A stretch of DNA of 14,036 nucleotides from a bacterium (GTDB lineage: Bacteria; SAR324; NAC60-12), in the NCBI GenBank assembly GCA_965233585.1, contig CBDDTI010000144.1:1-14036 (forward strand), written 5' to 3'. Positions 1-9,940 of the stretch are shown one piece after another (the first letter of the stretch is position 1; every line of letters starts with the position of its first letter). Position numbers and translations under genes: made by a program. A model generated the notes under the pieces. The model was given only the letters and a program-made list of their open reading frames with translations. It searched no databases and was not told where the DNA came from.

Positions 1-197
1 GACTCCGGATAACTCGAACCTCGCGCTAACTCAAACCGGCCAAAAATCAATAGCCCCTGGATTTCCGTCCTACATTTATTGTATCTTACCCTCAGTAACT
101 CGAGCCCTCGACAACTCGAACCTTCCGCTATCTCGAAGCAATTTTCGTTTCCCTTCAGGTCATTTTCTGTATAATATTACCCTCGATAACTCGAACC
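1..197 (+). mobile_element. Terminal region of a non-autonomous DNA transposon (pogo/Tc1-mariner-like MITE end), truncated by the window start
   Basis: Six dispersed copies of a TAACTCGAAC-like motif (about 9-20, 27-37, 96-105, 111-121, 129-137, 186-197). This reiterated motif resembles subterminal repeats of pogo-type CAGTC..-ended elements as I recall them. No opposite end was found in the window. Confidence 0.55.
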
Positions 198-604
198 ATG
201 TCTTTGAACATTTAAATCGCATGAGCTTTGTACCAGTGGCCCGACATTGGATCGACATTGTTCTCTTTGATCAAAAACCTGTATAGTTCATAGTTCTGGA
301 GTTTTCCCCTTCGGCTTCCCTTTGTTATATTTTTCACATAACATTGCATGCCATTTTATGCAGTAATTTAGTGATGTATTGTTTTATTTTCACGCGACTT
401 CTCTATTCTGTTAGCTTATTGAATTAAATTTGATTTAAATGTACACTGCACGAATAGAAAAACTTTAAACACCGTTTTTCCTTATTTCCAGTTATTGAAC
501 TTTATGGCAAACATACGAGAGAGCAAGCGAACGAACGAATGAACAATGGCTAACTGATCGACTGACTGACGTAATGAATAGTTATAATTACACGAATAAT
601 CAAC

Positions 605-1510
605 TTTAGTTATTGAGGGTAGCACACTATAGTAGTCACTGGAAAATCAGTGGCTTTCATGTAAATATTTACAAAATAAAAAGATGACATGTTAAAAATT
701 GAAAAAAAAAAAAAATCCAACAATGATATAAAAAACTGTGATATCAGATACACTTAAATATTGAAAAGTAAAGCATTGGATAAAGTCTAGCAATTAAAAC
801 AAGAAAATTAAAAATTTAGACGATAAAATGGTTCAGTTCCTCATAACTTTCCATAAAATTTTTAAATATTTTTTTTAAGAGTACTAGTAGGCTGGTCTTA
901 AATATGGGCAGGCATCATATTCCAGAGGCGGCTAGTAGTCGGTTCTGAGAAAAACCTTCCACTCTCAGTCTCCCGTTTAAATCAGGGGAAGACAAGCCTT
1001 AATTGATCATGCCTGTCAATTCTTCATTTCACGTCTGCATTTCTAGCAAGTATCTGGTTCCGATAGGATGGGCACTTCCCAAAATTCCGTTTATATACCA
1101 ATATTCACGTTTTTGTTTTCTCTTTATGGAAAAATGGAACCTGACCTAATTAGTTAAACTGTTTTACACTGTTCGTCTTTGTGTCAGCACCCGGCCAGTA
1201 TTAGACGGGCTGCGCGTTTCTGTAGCCTGAACGCTTTCTACAGAGCAGGATCTCCACACGGCTAAGGCACACAGCATTGTCTGCTTAATCATTGTGTTAT
1301 AATAAAGTTTTCTCTTCCTTTGTCATTAACGGTCCAATGATCGGCAACACAGCGATAGTCCATCCACGTGCTGGTCAAAAGAAAGCTCACTGTTGATAGT
1401 CACCCAGTTTGTGCGAGTTTACTTGATTAAGTTAATCAGAAGACTTAAAAACGTTGGTGAATCGAAGGGAGCAATGTTCCATCATTTAAAGTGCTAGCCT
1501 TCCCTTGATA
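605..1510 (-). mobile_element. Decayed 3' fragment of a CR1/L2-clade non-LTR retrotransposon (ORF2 C-terminus plus 3' UTR)
   Basis: Minus-strand translation across frameshifts and stops gives QVNSHKL-GVTINSELSFDQHVD (~1425-1360), RKLYYNTMIKQTML..VW, RLQKRAARLIL (QKRAARLIL at 1222-1196), FKRETESGRFFS..TSRLWNMMPAH and FMESYEELNHFIV* (stop 818-816). These are the typical post-RT motifs of CR1/L2 ORF2. An AT-rich 3' UTR follows. The boundaries are approximate. Confidence 0.85.
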
Positions 1511-2154
1511 TCTTTCTTTAAATAAAAGAAAGAATGATTGAAATTTCAGTCCAGACTTAAAAAAGAGAAGAAAACAATAATCCAGCAAATTAAAACACCT
1601 GAATTGAGAGCTTTGCCGCAGTATGCTGCAGTGATCAGGAACGTATCCCAGCATTCCTCACGGCTCCTAAGTTTTCCCACGGACCACGGAGGTTGGGTCA
1701 ATATTTATTACTCAGGTTGGTTGAGATTTTAACAGAAGATTTTTTCAGCATGCACACATGCAACGATGAAATAATATTTTAATTTTTTTTTCGCGAAATC
1801 AATCTACTTTAGGCTACAAACTTAAAAGACAATACAGCTTATCTTAGAGGCAAGCGTTGTGCAGAAGATTCTTAAATTTGCCAAGCAGGAATCGTACTGT
1901 AGGAAAGGTTAATGAAACATCTTTGTATTCGCTAGTTTTCACTGTCATGCCGTTAAAATATTTAAGTCTGTGCGGGTTTTTAACACGCAATTTTCTCGGA
2001 GAAATGTTTCAGCCAGACGGAGCTTTGTTTGTAGACGCGATCATTTTAATGTCACTCGGGGAGGTGGGGGAGGGGGCACCATTAGGGCGACCGTAAAGTA
2101 ACTGAGTTTTGCTGTTAAATCGGAACGTTTCCACAATAGACGTCTGTAGACATT

Positions 2155-2480
2155 AACAAATTGATTGTAGTTTTTCATGCGTCCGTCCTGATATGGATCA
2201 TGAATTTCGTCATTACATTGTCAAAGTAGCTGTGGATCCACAAAGCGATAACCGAGTGGATCCCCAGACTACTTTGACAAGTTATGACGAAATTCATTGT
2301 CAATAAAAGGACAGATGCATTAAAAACTGACGTCAATTTGTTTTTTACCATAACAAATTGTCAAATTGTCAAATTGTCCGCTGTCGAGCCGCTCTTATTC
2401 GTTGACGCATCGCTTACTTTAAAAATTCATGTGTCTGTCCGCTTATTGATAATAAAAATTAGCCAACAAAAGCGCTAGAA
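2155..2480. mobile_element. Long palindromic non-autonomous element (hairpin 2155-2342 plus a tail to 2480)
   Basis: Arms 2155-2241 (AACAAATTGA...ATGAATTTCGTCAT..ATTGTCAAAGTAGCTGTGGATCCAC) and 2256-2342 (GTGGATCC..AGACTACTTTGACAA..ATGACGAAATTCAT...TCAATTTGTT) are imperfect reverse complements around a 14-nt loop. The tail is itself bounded by TTTTACCATAAC / GTTATCGTAAAA (inverted, 1 mismatch). Confidence 0.8.
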
Positions 2481-5400
2481 TTTTTGCAGTTATCGTAAAA
2501 ATTACCTTAATTGGTTGGTTGGTGGTAAAGATTGCCTTTATTGATCGGTTTGTTGTAAAGATTGCCGAGTAGCGACTAAAGATTACCCTAAATGATGGGT
2601 ACGGATTAGAGATAACCTTTATTGATCGGTTGGTGGTAAACACGATTACCTTTATTGCTCGGCTGGATTATTCTTATTGGAGTAACTCGTATTGATTATT
2701 GGAGGTAGAGTTTTTATTTAACGGGTGGTGCTTAAGCTACCTTTATTGATCGGTTGAAAGTAAACATTACCTTATTGATCAACTGGTGACATGGTTAAGT
2801 TACCGTTATTGAATAGTTGGTAGTAGAGTACCTTTTTTGAACAGTGGCTGGTAAATTTACCTTTATTGAATGATTGGTCGTATAATTTACCTTATTGATC
2901 AGTGGGTGGTATAGTTGCCGTTATTAATCGGTCGGTTGTGAGAGCCTTTACTGATTTGTTGGTGATAGAGATTACCTTTATTAAACAGTTATTGGTGGAG
3001 GATAGATTACCCTCAGTTGTCGGTTTGTGGAAAAGATTACCCTTATTGACAAGTAAAGATTAAAGAATAACTTCATTGATCGATTGGAGGAAAAAAATAC
3101 CCTTATTGATCGGGTGGTGGTAAATTTTTGTCCTTATTGATCGGTAGGTTGTAAAGATTACTCTTATTAATTTGTTGGTGGTAAAGATTAGCTTTATTGA
3201 TGCGTTGATGGTAAAGATTACCTTTACTAATGGGTTGATGGCAAAAAGATTACCTTTATTGATGGGTTGGTGGTAAAGATTACCTTTATCGATGGGTTAA
3301 TGGCAAAGATTACCTTTATTGATGGGTTGGTGGTAAAGATTACCTTTATTGATGAGTTGATAGAAAGGATTACCTTTATTGATGGGTTGATAATAAGGAT
3401 TACCTTTACTGATGGGTTGATAATAAGGATTACTTCTATTGATGGGTTGATGGTAAAGACTACCTATATTGATATGTTGATGGTGAAGATTACCTTTATT
3501 GACGAGTTGAAGGTAAAGATCCCTTTATTGATGGGTTGATGGTAAAGATTCCCTTTATTGATTGGTTAATGGTAAATATTACCTTTATTGATGGAATTGT
3601 GGCAAAGATTACCTTTATTTGTTGGGTTGCTGCTGTTTTATTAATTAGTTGATGGTAACGATTATCTTTTGTGATAGGTTGGTGGTAAAGATTACCGCTA
3701 TTGATGGGGTGAGGGTAAAGACTACCTTTATTGATGAAATGGTGATAAATATCACCTTTATTAAAGGGGTGATGGTAAAGATTACCGTTATTGATTGCTG
3801 GTGGAAAAGATACCGAAGGGTGATGGTAAAGATTACCTTTATTGACGGGTTGATGGTAAAGATTACCTTTATTGATAGGTTGGTGGTAGAGATTACCTTT
3901 CTTGATTAGTTGATGGCAAATATTACCTTTATTGATGGGTTGATGTTAAAGATTACCTTCATTGATGGACTGATGATAAGTATTATTTATATTGATGGGT
4001 TGGGGTATATATTTCCTTTATTGATGGGTTGGTGATAAAGAAAACCTTTATTGATGGCTTGGTGGTAAAGACTACCTATATTGGTAGGTTGTTGGTAAAG
4101 ATTACCTTTATTGATGGGTTGATGGTAAAGATTACCTTTATTGATGGGTTGATGGTAAAGATTACCTTTATTGATGGCTTTGCTGGTAAAGATTACCTCC
4201 ATTGATGGGTTGGTGGTAACGATTTCCTTCCTCAATGGGTTGATGGTAAACATTACCTTTATTGACGGGTTGGGGGTGGAGATTTTCTTTATTGATGGGC
4301 TGGTGATAAAGATTACCTTTATTGATGGGTTGTTGGTAAAGATTACCTTTATTGATGGGTTGATGGTAAAGATTACCTTTATTGATGGGTTGATGGTAAA
4401 GATTATCGTTATTGATGGGTTGGTGGTAAAGATTCCCTTTTCGATGGGTTGATGCTAAAGATTCCCTTTATTGATGGGATGGTGGTAAAGATTACCTTCA
4501 TTGTTGGGTTGGTGCTAACGATTACCTTTATTGATGGGATGGTAGTAAAGATTACTTTTATTGATGGGTTGATGGTAAAGATTCGCTTTATTGATGGGAT
4601 GGTAGTAAAGATTACCTTTGATGAGATGGTGGTATAGATTACCGTTATTGTTGGGTTGCTGCCAGCCATTACCTTTATTGATGGGATGGTGGCAAAGATT
4701 ACCTTTTTGATGGGATGGTGGTAAAAATTATCTTTATTGATGGCTTGGTGGTAAAGATTACCTTTATTGATGAGTTGGTGGTAACGATTATCTTTTGTAA
4801 TAGGTTGGTGGCGAAGATCACCTTTATTGATCGGTTGATGGTAAAGATTACCTTTGTTGATGGGAAGGTGGTAAAGATTACCTTTATTGATAGCTTGATG
4901 GTAAAGATTTCCTTTGCTGAACGGTTGGTACTTGTGAAGATCTAAATTACCTTTATTGATCAGTTAATTGTGAAGATTACCTTTCTTGTTTGGCTTGTGG
5001 TAAAGATTACTTTTATTGATCAAGTGGTGGTAAAGATTACTTTTATTGATGGCTTTGGTTTAAGGTTTATCTTTATTGATTAGTTGGTGATAAAAATTAC
5101 CTATATTGTTGATGTTGAAGATTATCTTTATGATCAGTTGGTGGTAATCCGGTCATCCCTAATAGGGAATTCCCAAAAAATTCCCTGTTTGGGACTCGTC
5201 TCACTTTGCCAAATTTCGGATTTTTATTGGGTATTCTTTAATTACCCAAAAATATCCAAAAATGGGAATCCGCTATTTTTTCCTGTGAATTGGTGGTAAA
5301 TATTGCTGTTAGTGATCAGTTGGTGGTAGAGAGCCTTTTCTGATCGGTTGATTGTGAAGATTACATTTAGTGATCCGCTGATGGTAAAGATTATCTTTAT

Positions 5401-5940
5401 TCATAGGCTGCTGGTTAAGGTAATCAACCTTTATCGATCGGTTGGTAGTAATGAATAGTTTTATTGATCAGTTGGTGGTAAATATCAACTATATTCAGGG
5501 ATGACTTGGTGATAAATACCACCATAATTGATCGGTTGATGTTGAATATTACCTTGATGATCGTTTGGGGGCAAAATTATCCTTGTTGATTCGGATGTGG
5601 TAGAGATTACCGCTATTGACTACCTCTTTTGATCATTTGGTGGTAAAGATTACCTTTTTTGATTAGTTGGTGTAAAATAGTACTCTTCTAAATTGGTTCA
5701 GTAATGTTGAAGATAATTACCTTTATTGATCGATTGGTGGTAAAGTTACCCTCGCTGATCGGTTGTTGGTAAAGATTGCCTTTATTGGTCGGTTGGTGGT
5801 AAAAGTTACCTTTATTGATCAGTTGGTGGTAAAGATATTACTCTTATTAATCGGTTTGTGGTAAAGTTGCCGTTATTGCTCGGTTGTTTGTGAAGATTAC
5901 CTTTAGTGTTTCGCCGGTGGTAAATTAACTTTAGAGATTG
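2481..5940. repeat. 30-bp tandem satellite/minisatellite array, roughly 110 copies, consensus GGTAAAGATTACCTTTATTGATGGGTTGAT
   Basis: 30-nt periodicity is directly visible (e.g. 4101-4160, 4321-4400). The core at ~3180-4920 is homogeneous and the flanks are more diverged. The copy number is estimated from length divided by 30. Confidence 0.97.
5148..5289. mobile_element. ~140-bp non-satellite insertion in the array, probably a fragment of a DNA transposon end
   Basis: The satellite stops after TTGGTGGTAA (5147) and resumes with TTGGTGGTAA (5290). The insert carries GGGAAT/ATTCCC motifs and small hairpins and ends in TTTTTTCCTGTG (CACAGGAAAAAA on the minus strand). Confidence 0.6.
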
Positions 5941-6560
5941 GCTGGAGGTACAATTGTAATTATTTTCCTTTAAGTTGTCAGTAGTCAAGATTACTATTAT
6001 TGATACATGACTTGCAAGTTTGGCATAAGTTTACCCAAATTTACTTGCTGGCAGTAAATCATTAACATTATTGCTGGCATTACCCATTACCCAAGATTGC
6101 CCATGTTGATTATTTGGCGCGATTAAGAGTTACCCCTACCCAATTGGTCAACAGCAAAGGATACTGTCATTGATTAGTTAGAGTAAAGAATATTCTTATT
6201 AATTTGTTAGTGGTGAAGACTACCGATACCCCTACTGATGCAACTAGCAATCCGATAATCAACCTTAGTGGAAAAATACTACCCTTTATGACCTGTTTGT
6301 TTTTTGATCTTGATTACCATTATCATTACTGACTTCTTGTTGTCGGTAAGGATTTCCGATATTGATACTTAAGCAGGGATAAGTTACCATATTATATTTA
6401 GTTATATAACAAAAATACCCTTTTATGTTTTGTTGACAGTAAATATTTCTGTCGCAGTAAATATTTTGCATGTTGATGCTTAAGCGAAATAGATGACCCA
6501 TTATAGTTAATCCTACTGATTTGTGCTAGGTAAGGATTATATTATCCTTATTGGTTTCTT
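5941..6560. repeat. Highly degenerate continuation of the 30-bp satellite
   Basis: Scattered remnants such as AAGATTACTATTATTGAT, AAGATTGCCCATGTTGAT, GTAAAGAATATTCTTATT, GGTGAAGACTACC and GGTAAGGATTAT fade out gradually. Confidence 0.55.
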
Positions 6561-7419
6561 GGTAGTTTATGGCCTGGTATTCGAACAGTCGGAACAAAGA
6601 GGATGAGCGATTGAGTGTGATTTGTTGGTGATAATTAAAACTTGTCTTTTTTACCACATGTATTTTAAATTGCGGTGTGTGCTCATTTCTATGCCAGCCA
6701 ACACGCCCAGTGTCCGAACCGGTACGAACACAACACATATCGAACATAATAACTGTTTGCTGATGGACCTGTTCTATATTCTCATTTTGCTTCCCCTCTG
6801 ACAGTAGTGTAAGATTTTTGATCACAGGAACAAACTTTTATAAGAGACTCGTTTTCAGGGGTTTTCCGCCTTGTTTCCTTTATCACATTAAGGTTCTTAG
6901 TTATGTTTTTTCAGAGGATAATTGTTTTCAGAACCTTGTTAGTGTCAGCAGACTTACATGTAAGGTTGCCCGCAAAGTACACCTTTACTGTTTATAAAGT
7001 CACTTGTTGTCAAGACATAACTGTTTCTATTTATTAGTTTTGTCTGGGGTTTCCGAGATCGAACACATCGGTACATGTTTGTGGAAGATACAGAGATGGT
7101 AAGCAACTTGTGTTACAAGGTTACTTGCTTACACGAAAAATCAGCCACTTACATGTAGTATTTAGTGACCGGCGAGGTAAATTAAATGGATACATAGGGT
7201 GGAATTCGTTTCTGCTAGTCTTAATAGGTTTCTTTGCAAGCAGTTAACTTGTGTTCAATGATTGAGCGCTGGTGTAGGAATCAATTGATGGTGGTTGCAT
7301 ATTCCAAAAAAAAAAACGAAAAACAGACAGTCCACGCCATAAGAACGCAAAAAAAAAATTTCCACTCTCCATATAAGTATCTACTTTTCAGTTTGCAGCG
7401 TGCTGCCAATAGGGTTCGG

Positions 7420-7425
7420 TTTATT
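7420..7425 (-). promoter_or_regulatory. Possible polyadenylation signal (AATAAA) of the RFC1-derived terminal exon
   Basis: AATAAA on the minus strand ~47 nt downstream of the inferred ancestral stop at 7474-7472. The hexamer is common by chance in AT-rich DNA. Confidence 0.35.
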
Positions 7426-7471
7426 TTCAGTCATATGATTACTTCAATGCCAGTGGTTCTTGCAACTGTTT

Positions 7472-7775
7472 TCATTTGTTTTCCATTTTTCCTTTTCTTT
7501 TTCTCTTCACTGTGGGCGCTTCTGTTGAGATACCGTCCTTTGCTTTTCCTCCTCCTTTCCTTCTACTTGCTCCTGCTTTGTTGTCTTAATCATGACGCTG
7601 TTTTCATCTTTATCTTTATCCCTCTCCTGCTTTTCAGATTCTTCAAGCTCAAAGGTCTCTTCTTCATTGTCTGGTTGTCCCCTGCCACGCCTCGTTGCTT
7701 TCTTTGCTTTTGCGCCAATGGCATGAGGTGTCTTGTGACTTTCCTTGTTGAAAGTCTGTATAAAGCTGCTTTAGC
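7472..7775 (-). pseudogene. RFC1: Frameshifted terminal coding exon of replication factor C subunit 1
   Basis: After the acceptor CTTTAGTAG| the minus strand reads AKAALY(-1 nt)TFNKESHKTPHAIGAKAKKATRRGRGQPDNEEETFELEESEKQERDKDKDENSVMIKTT, then after a second shift KAGASRRKGGGKAKDGISTEAPTVKRKRKGKMENK*. This matches the animal RFC1 C-terminus as I recall it (VKAAFTRAYNKEAHLTPY, acidic stretch, MIK, K/G-rich tail). Two apparent 1-nt frameshifts lie at ~7757 and ~7578. Confidence 0.75.
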
Positions 7776-7814
7776 CTACTAAAGATATTCTAGGGGAATA
7801 TTTTAAGGGAATCT

Positions 7815-8165
7815 GCTGTTGTTTGAGAAGTTTTTTGTTGTTGTGTTATTGTTATTGTCAATGTACCTGCAAGGGTTGTTTAAAAACTGGACCAAACATA
7901 ATGTAAAAAGAGAAAGTAAAACTGGAAAAACCCTTTAGATTTGTCTTCAGTTAGCTTGTTTGTTGCTGTTGTCCTCGTGGAATAACTTTTTGTCGCTATT
8001 GTTGTTATTGTTCTAACTGTCTTGGCTATTGGGGTTGCTGCTGCTGTTACTGTTTCTACTTCTGTTGTTGTTTTCGTTTTCGTTTCTTTTGCAGTGGTAG
8101 TTGCTGTCAGTTCATGCTACCATTTGTTGTTTTCCTTGTAGCTGGTACTTCTGTTCATCTTGTCA
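7815..8165. repeat. Low-complexity degenerate (TTG/CTG/TTA)n tract in the inferred intron
   Basis: Runs such as TTGTTGTTGTGTTATTGTTATTG, GTTGCTGTTGT and GTTGCTGCTGCTGTTACTGTT. Confidence 0.6.
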
Positions 8166-8399
8166 TAACAAAACATCTAACGACAGGTCACTAAGTCAGC
8201 TAGTAACACGGACATCTGCTCTCGTTTTCCACAGTATTTCTACATCGAAGTCGTTTCAGGAAATATACATTACACATGTATTAGTTTATGGAGGAGCAAA
8301 ACTAGCCATTTTGCGCAGGACCTGTCATTAAATGTATCGTGTGAGTCTATAGCTCATATTCTAAATCATGATTTAACAATTTATAGCAGCATAACACAC

Positions 8400-8437
8400 C
8401 AAGGGATCCCTGTCCAAGAACTGATCTCATCTGATTC
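8400..8437 (-). pseudogene. RFC1: Probable remnant of the penultimate RFC1 exon (internally deleted)
   Basis: Acceptor TTTTATCTTGGCAG| then ESDEISSWTG.. and a weak donor G|GTGTGT. EISSW (8428-8414) matches the RFC1 motif (..IMEISSWGG..) that lies just before VKAAFTR, in the correct order and strand. The match is very short. Confidence 0.4.
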
Positions 8438-8744
8438 CTGCCAAGATAAAATATTTGAGTACCAGTCAACAAGGTAAAGTACCAATAGCTGTCTAATGTT
8501 GCCTCAAGTAAGAACATTTTGCTAGTTGCAGTTTAAAAAGGGTACACTGTGGTACTGAGCATGTGTAACCTTGACTGTCCATAGAAATAACATTCCTTTA
8601 TTGAACATTCCTTTAACACAAGAATCAAACTTTGATGTATTGGGCTATTTTTATAGGTTCTTTCAGCTCTCTTCCATTTCTGTTTTCAAACAAGTCTGTA
8701 GTTTTATACCATTGCAAGACTCGAGCAACATAAAGGTGTCGGTT

Positions 8745-9088
<344 letters not shown>

Positions 9089-9095
9089 TGATTAA

Positions 9096-9171
<76 letters not shown>

Positions 9172-9274
9172 TTGGTATTTATATCAGAGTTATCTGCTCC
9201 AAAGTGAGTTACTGTTGTATATAAGCGTCCTTAAATCAAAGGATAAGAGCTGCAATTCGATAACCGCTTCTCAC

Positions 9275-9387
9275 CTTCGTGAAAGTTTCAAGTCACCCTC
9301 ATCATCTTCTCGTTGTCCTTCATCAAACTGTGTAACACAAGACCTTGGCGTCTCTCGAAGAAGGAATATATCAAGGTGTCAGTGGAA
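9275..9387 (-). pseudogene. Candidate decayed exon of unknown product
   Basis: Acceptor TAACAG| and donor AG|GTGAGA. The phase-0 reading FH*HLDIFLLRETPRSCVTQFDEGQREDDEGDLKLSR has one stop and is phase-compatible with the 10624 donor. No family was recognised. Confidence 0.3.
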
Positions 9388-9940
9388 CTGTTAATTACTA
9401 ATGTATTTAGACTAAGTCTACACCATTACTGACCTCTTTTTTTTCTTTTTTTTCTTTTTTTTTTTTTTTACTAGACTTTTAGGTAATACTCGCTCTCTTC
9501 CTCCCTTAGTTACAACACTTTTTCTAAATAAAATCACGACGCAAGTGATTTTGCTATCTTTACCACCTCTATGCTACCCTTTCTCCATCTTGTATATGAA
9601 AAGCGCATTTCTTGCGCGAGCACATGCAAAGGCAATAAGTAATTCATTTCTAAAGCAACGTTTTTCGCTCAGGTGCGAAAGAGTGTGACGGTATGCAACC
9701 CCTGCGTGAAAACAGCCACAATCCTCTGGGTCGGTTGAGTACAAATCATCTGCGATGAATACTGACCCAGTCAGAATTCCTGAACCACATTATCAAGTTG
9801 TAACCCTCTGGACTCATGTTTCCAAAGGATGGACGCATGGTACTCGTGCTACCCGCGTGGCGTGGTTTCTAACAAATGGTACGGAAGCACCGAGTTCATT
9901 GACCAACCTTAGCCTCGGGACGTGAAAGTAAACAAGCACC

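Noticed and set aside
3267..4945. ORFs of (MVKITFIDGL)n, (NKGNLYHQPI)n and (FTINPSIKVI)n as a repeat or beta-solenoid protein
   Set aside because: A 30-bp unit is open in several frames by default. Frequent 1-2 nt indels shift the frame every few units, showing no selection for coding.
2481..5940. CRISPR array (30-nt repeat with internal dyad)
   Set aside because: The units are head-to-tail with no unique spacers, there are no cas genes, and the context is eukaryotic.
7038..7098. 61-nt plus-strand exon candidate (TTATTAG| ... ATG|GTAAGC)
   Set aside because: The splice signals are good, but all three frames are open with no recognisable product and no partner exons, so it cannot be supported.
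7234..7782. 182-aa hydrophobic plus-strand ORF as a membrane protein
   Set aside because: It is the antisense shadow of the purine-rich, K/E-coding RFC1 exon, and it starts at TTG.
9345..9380. LD(Y)IPSSRDA as a further RFC1 exon remnant
   Set aside because: It needs a frameshift, is ~10 residues long, and the rest of the segment does not follow RFC1.
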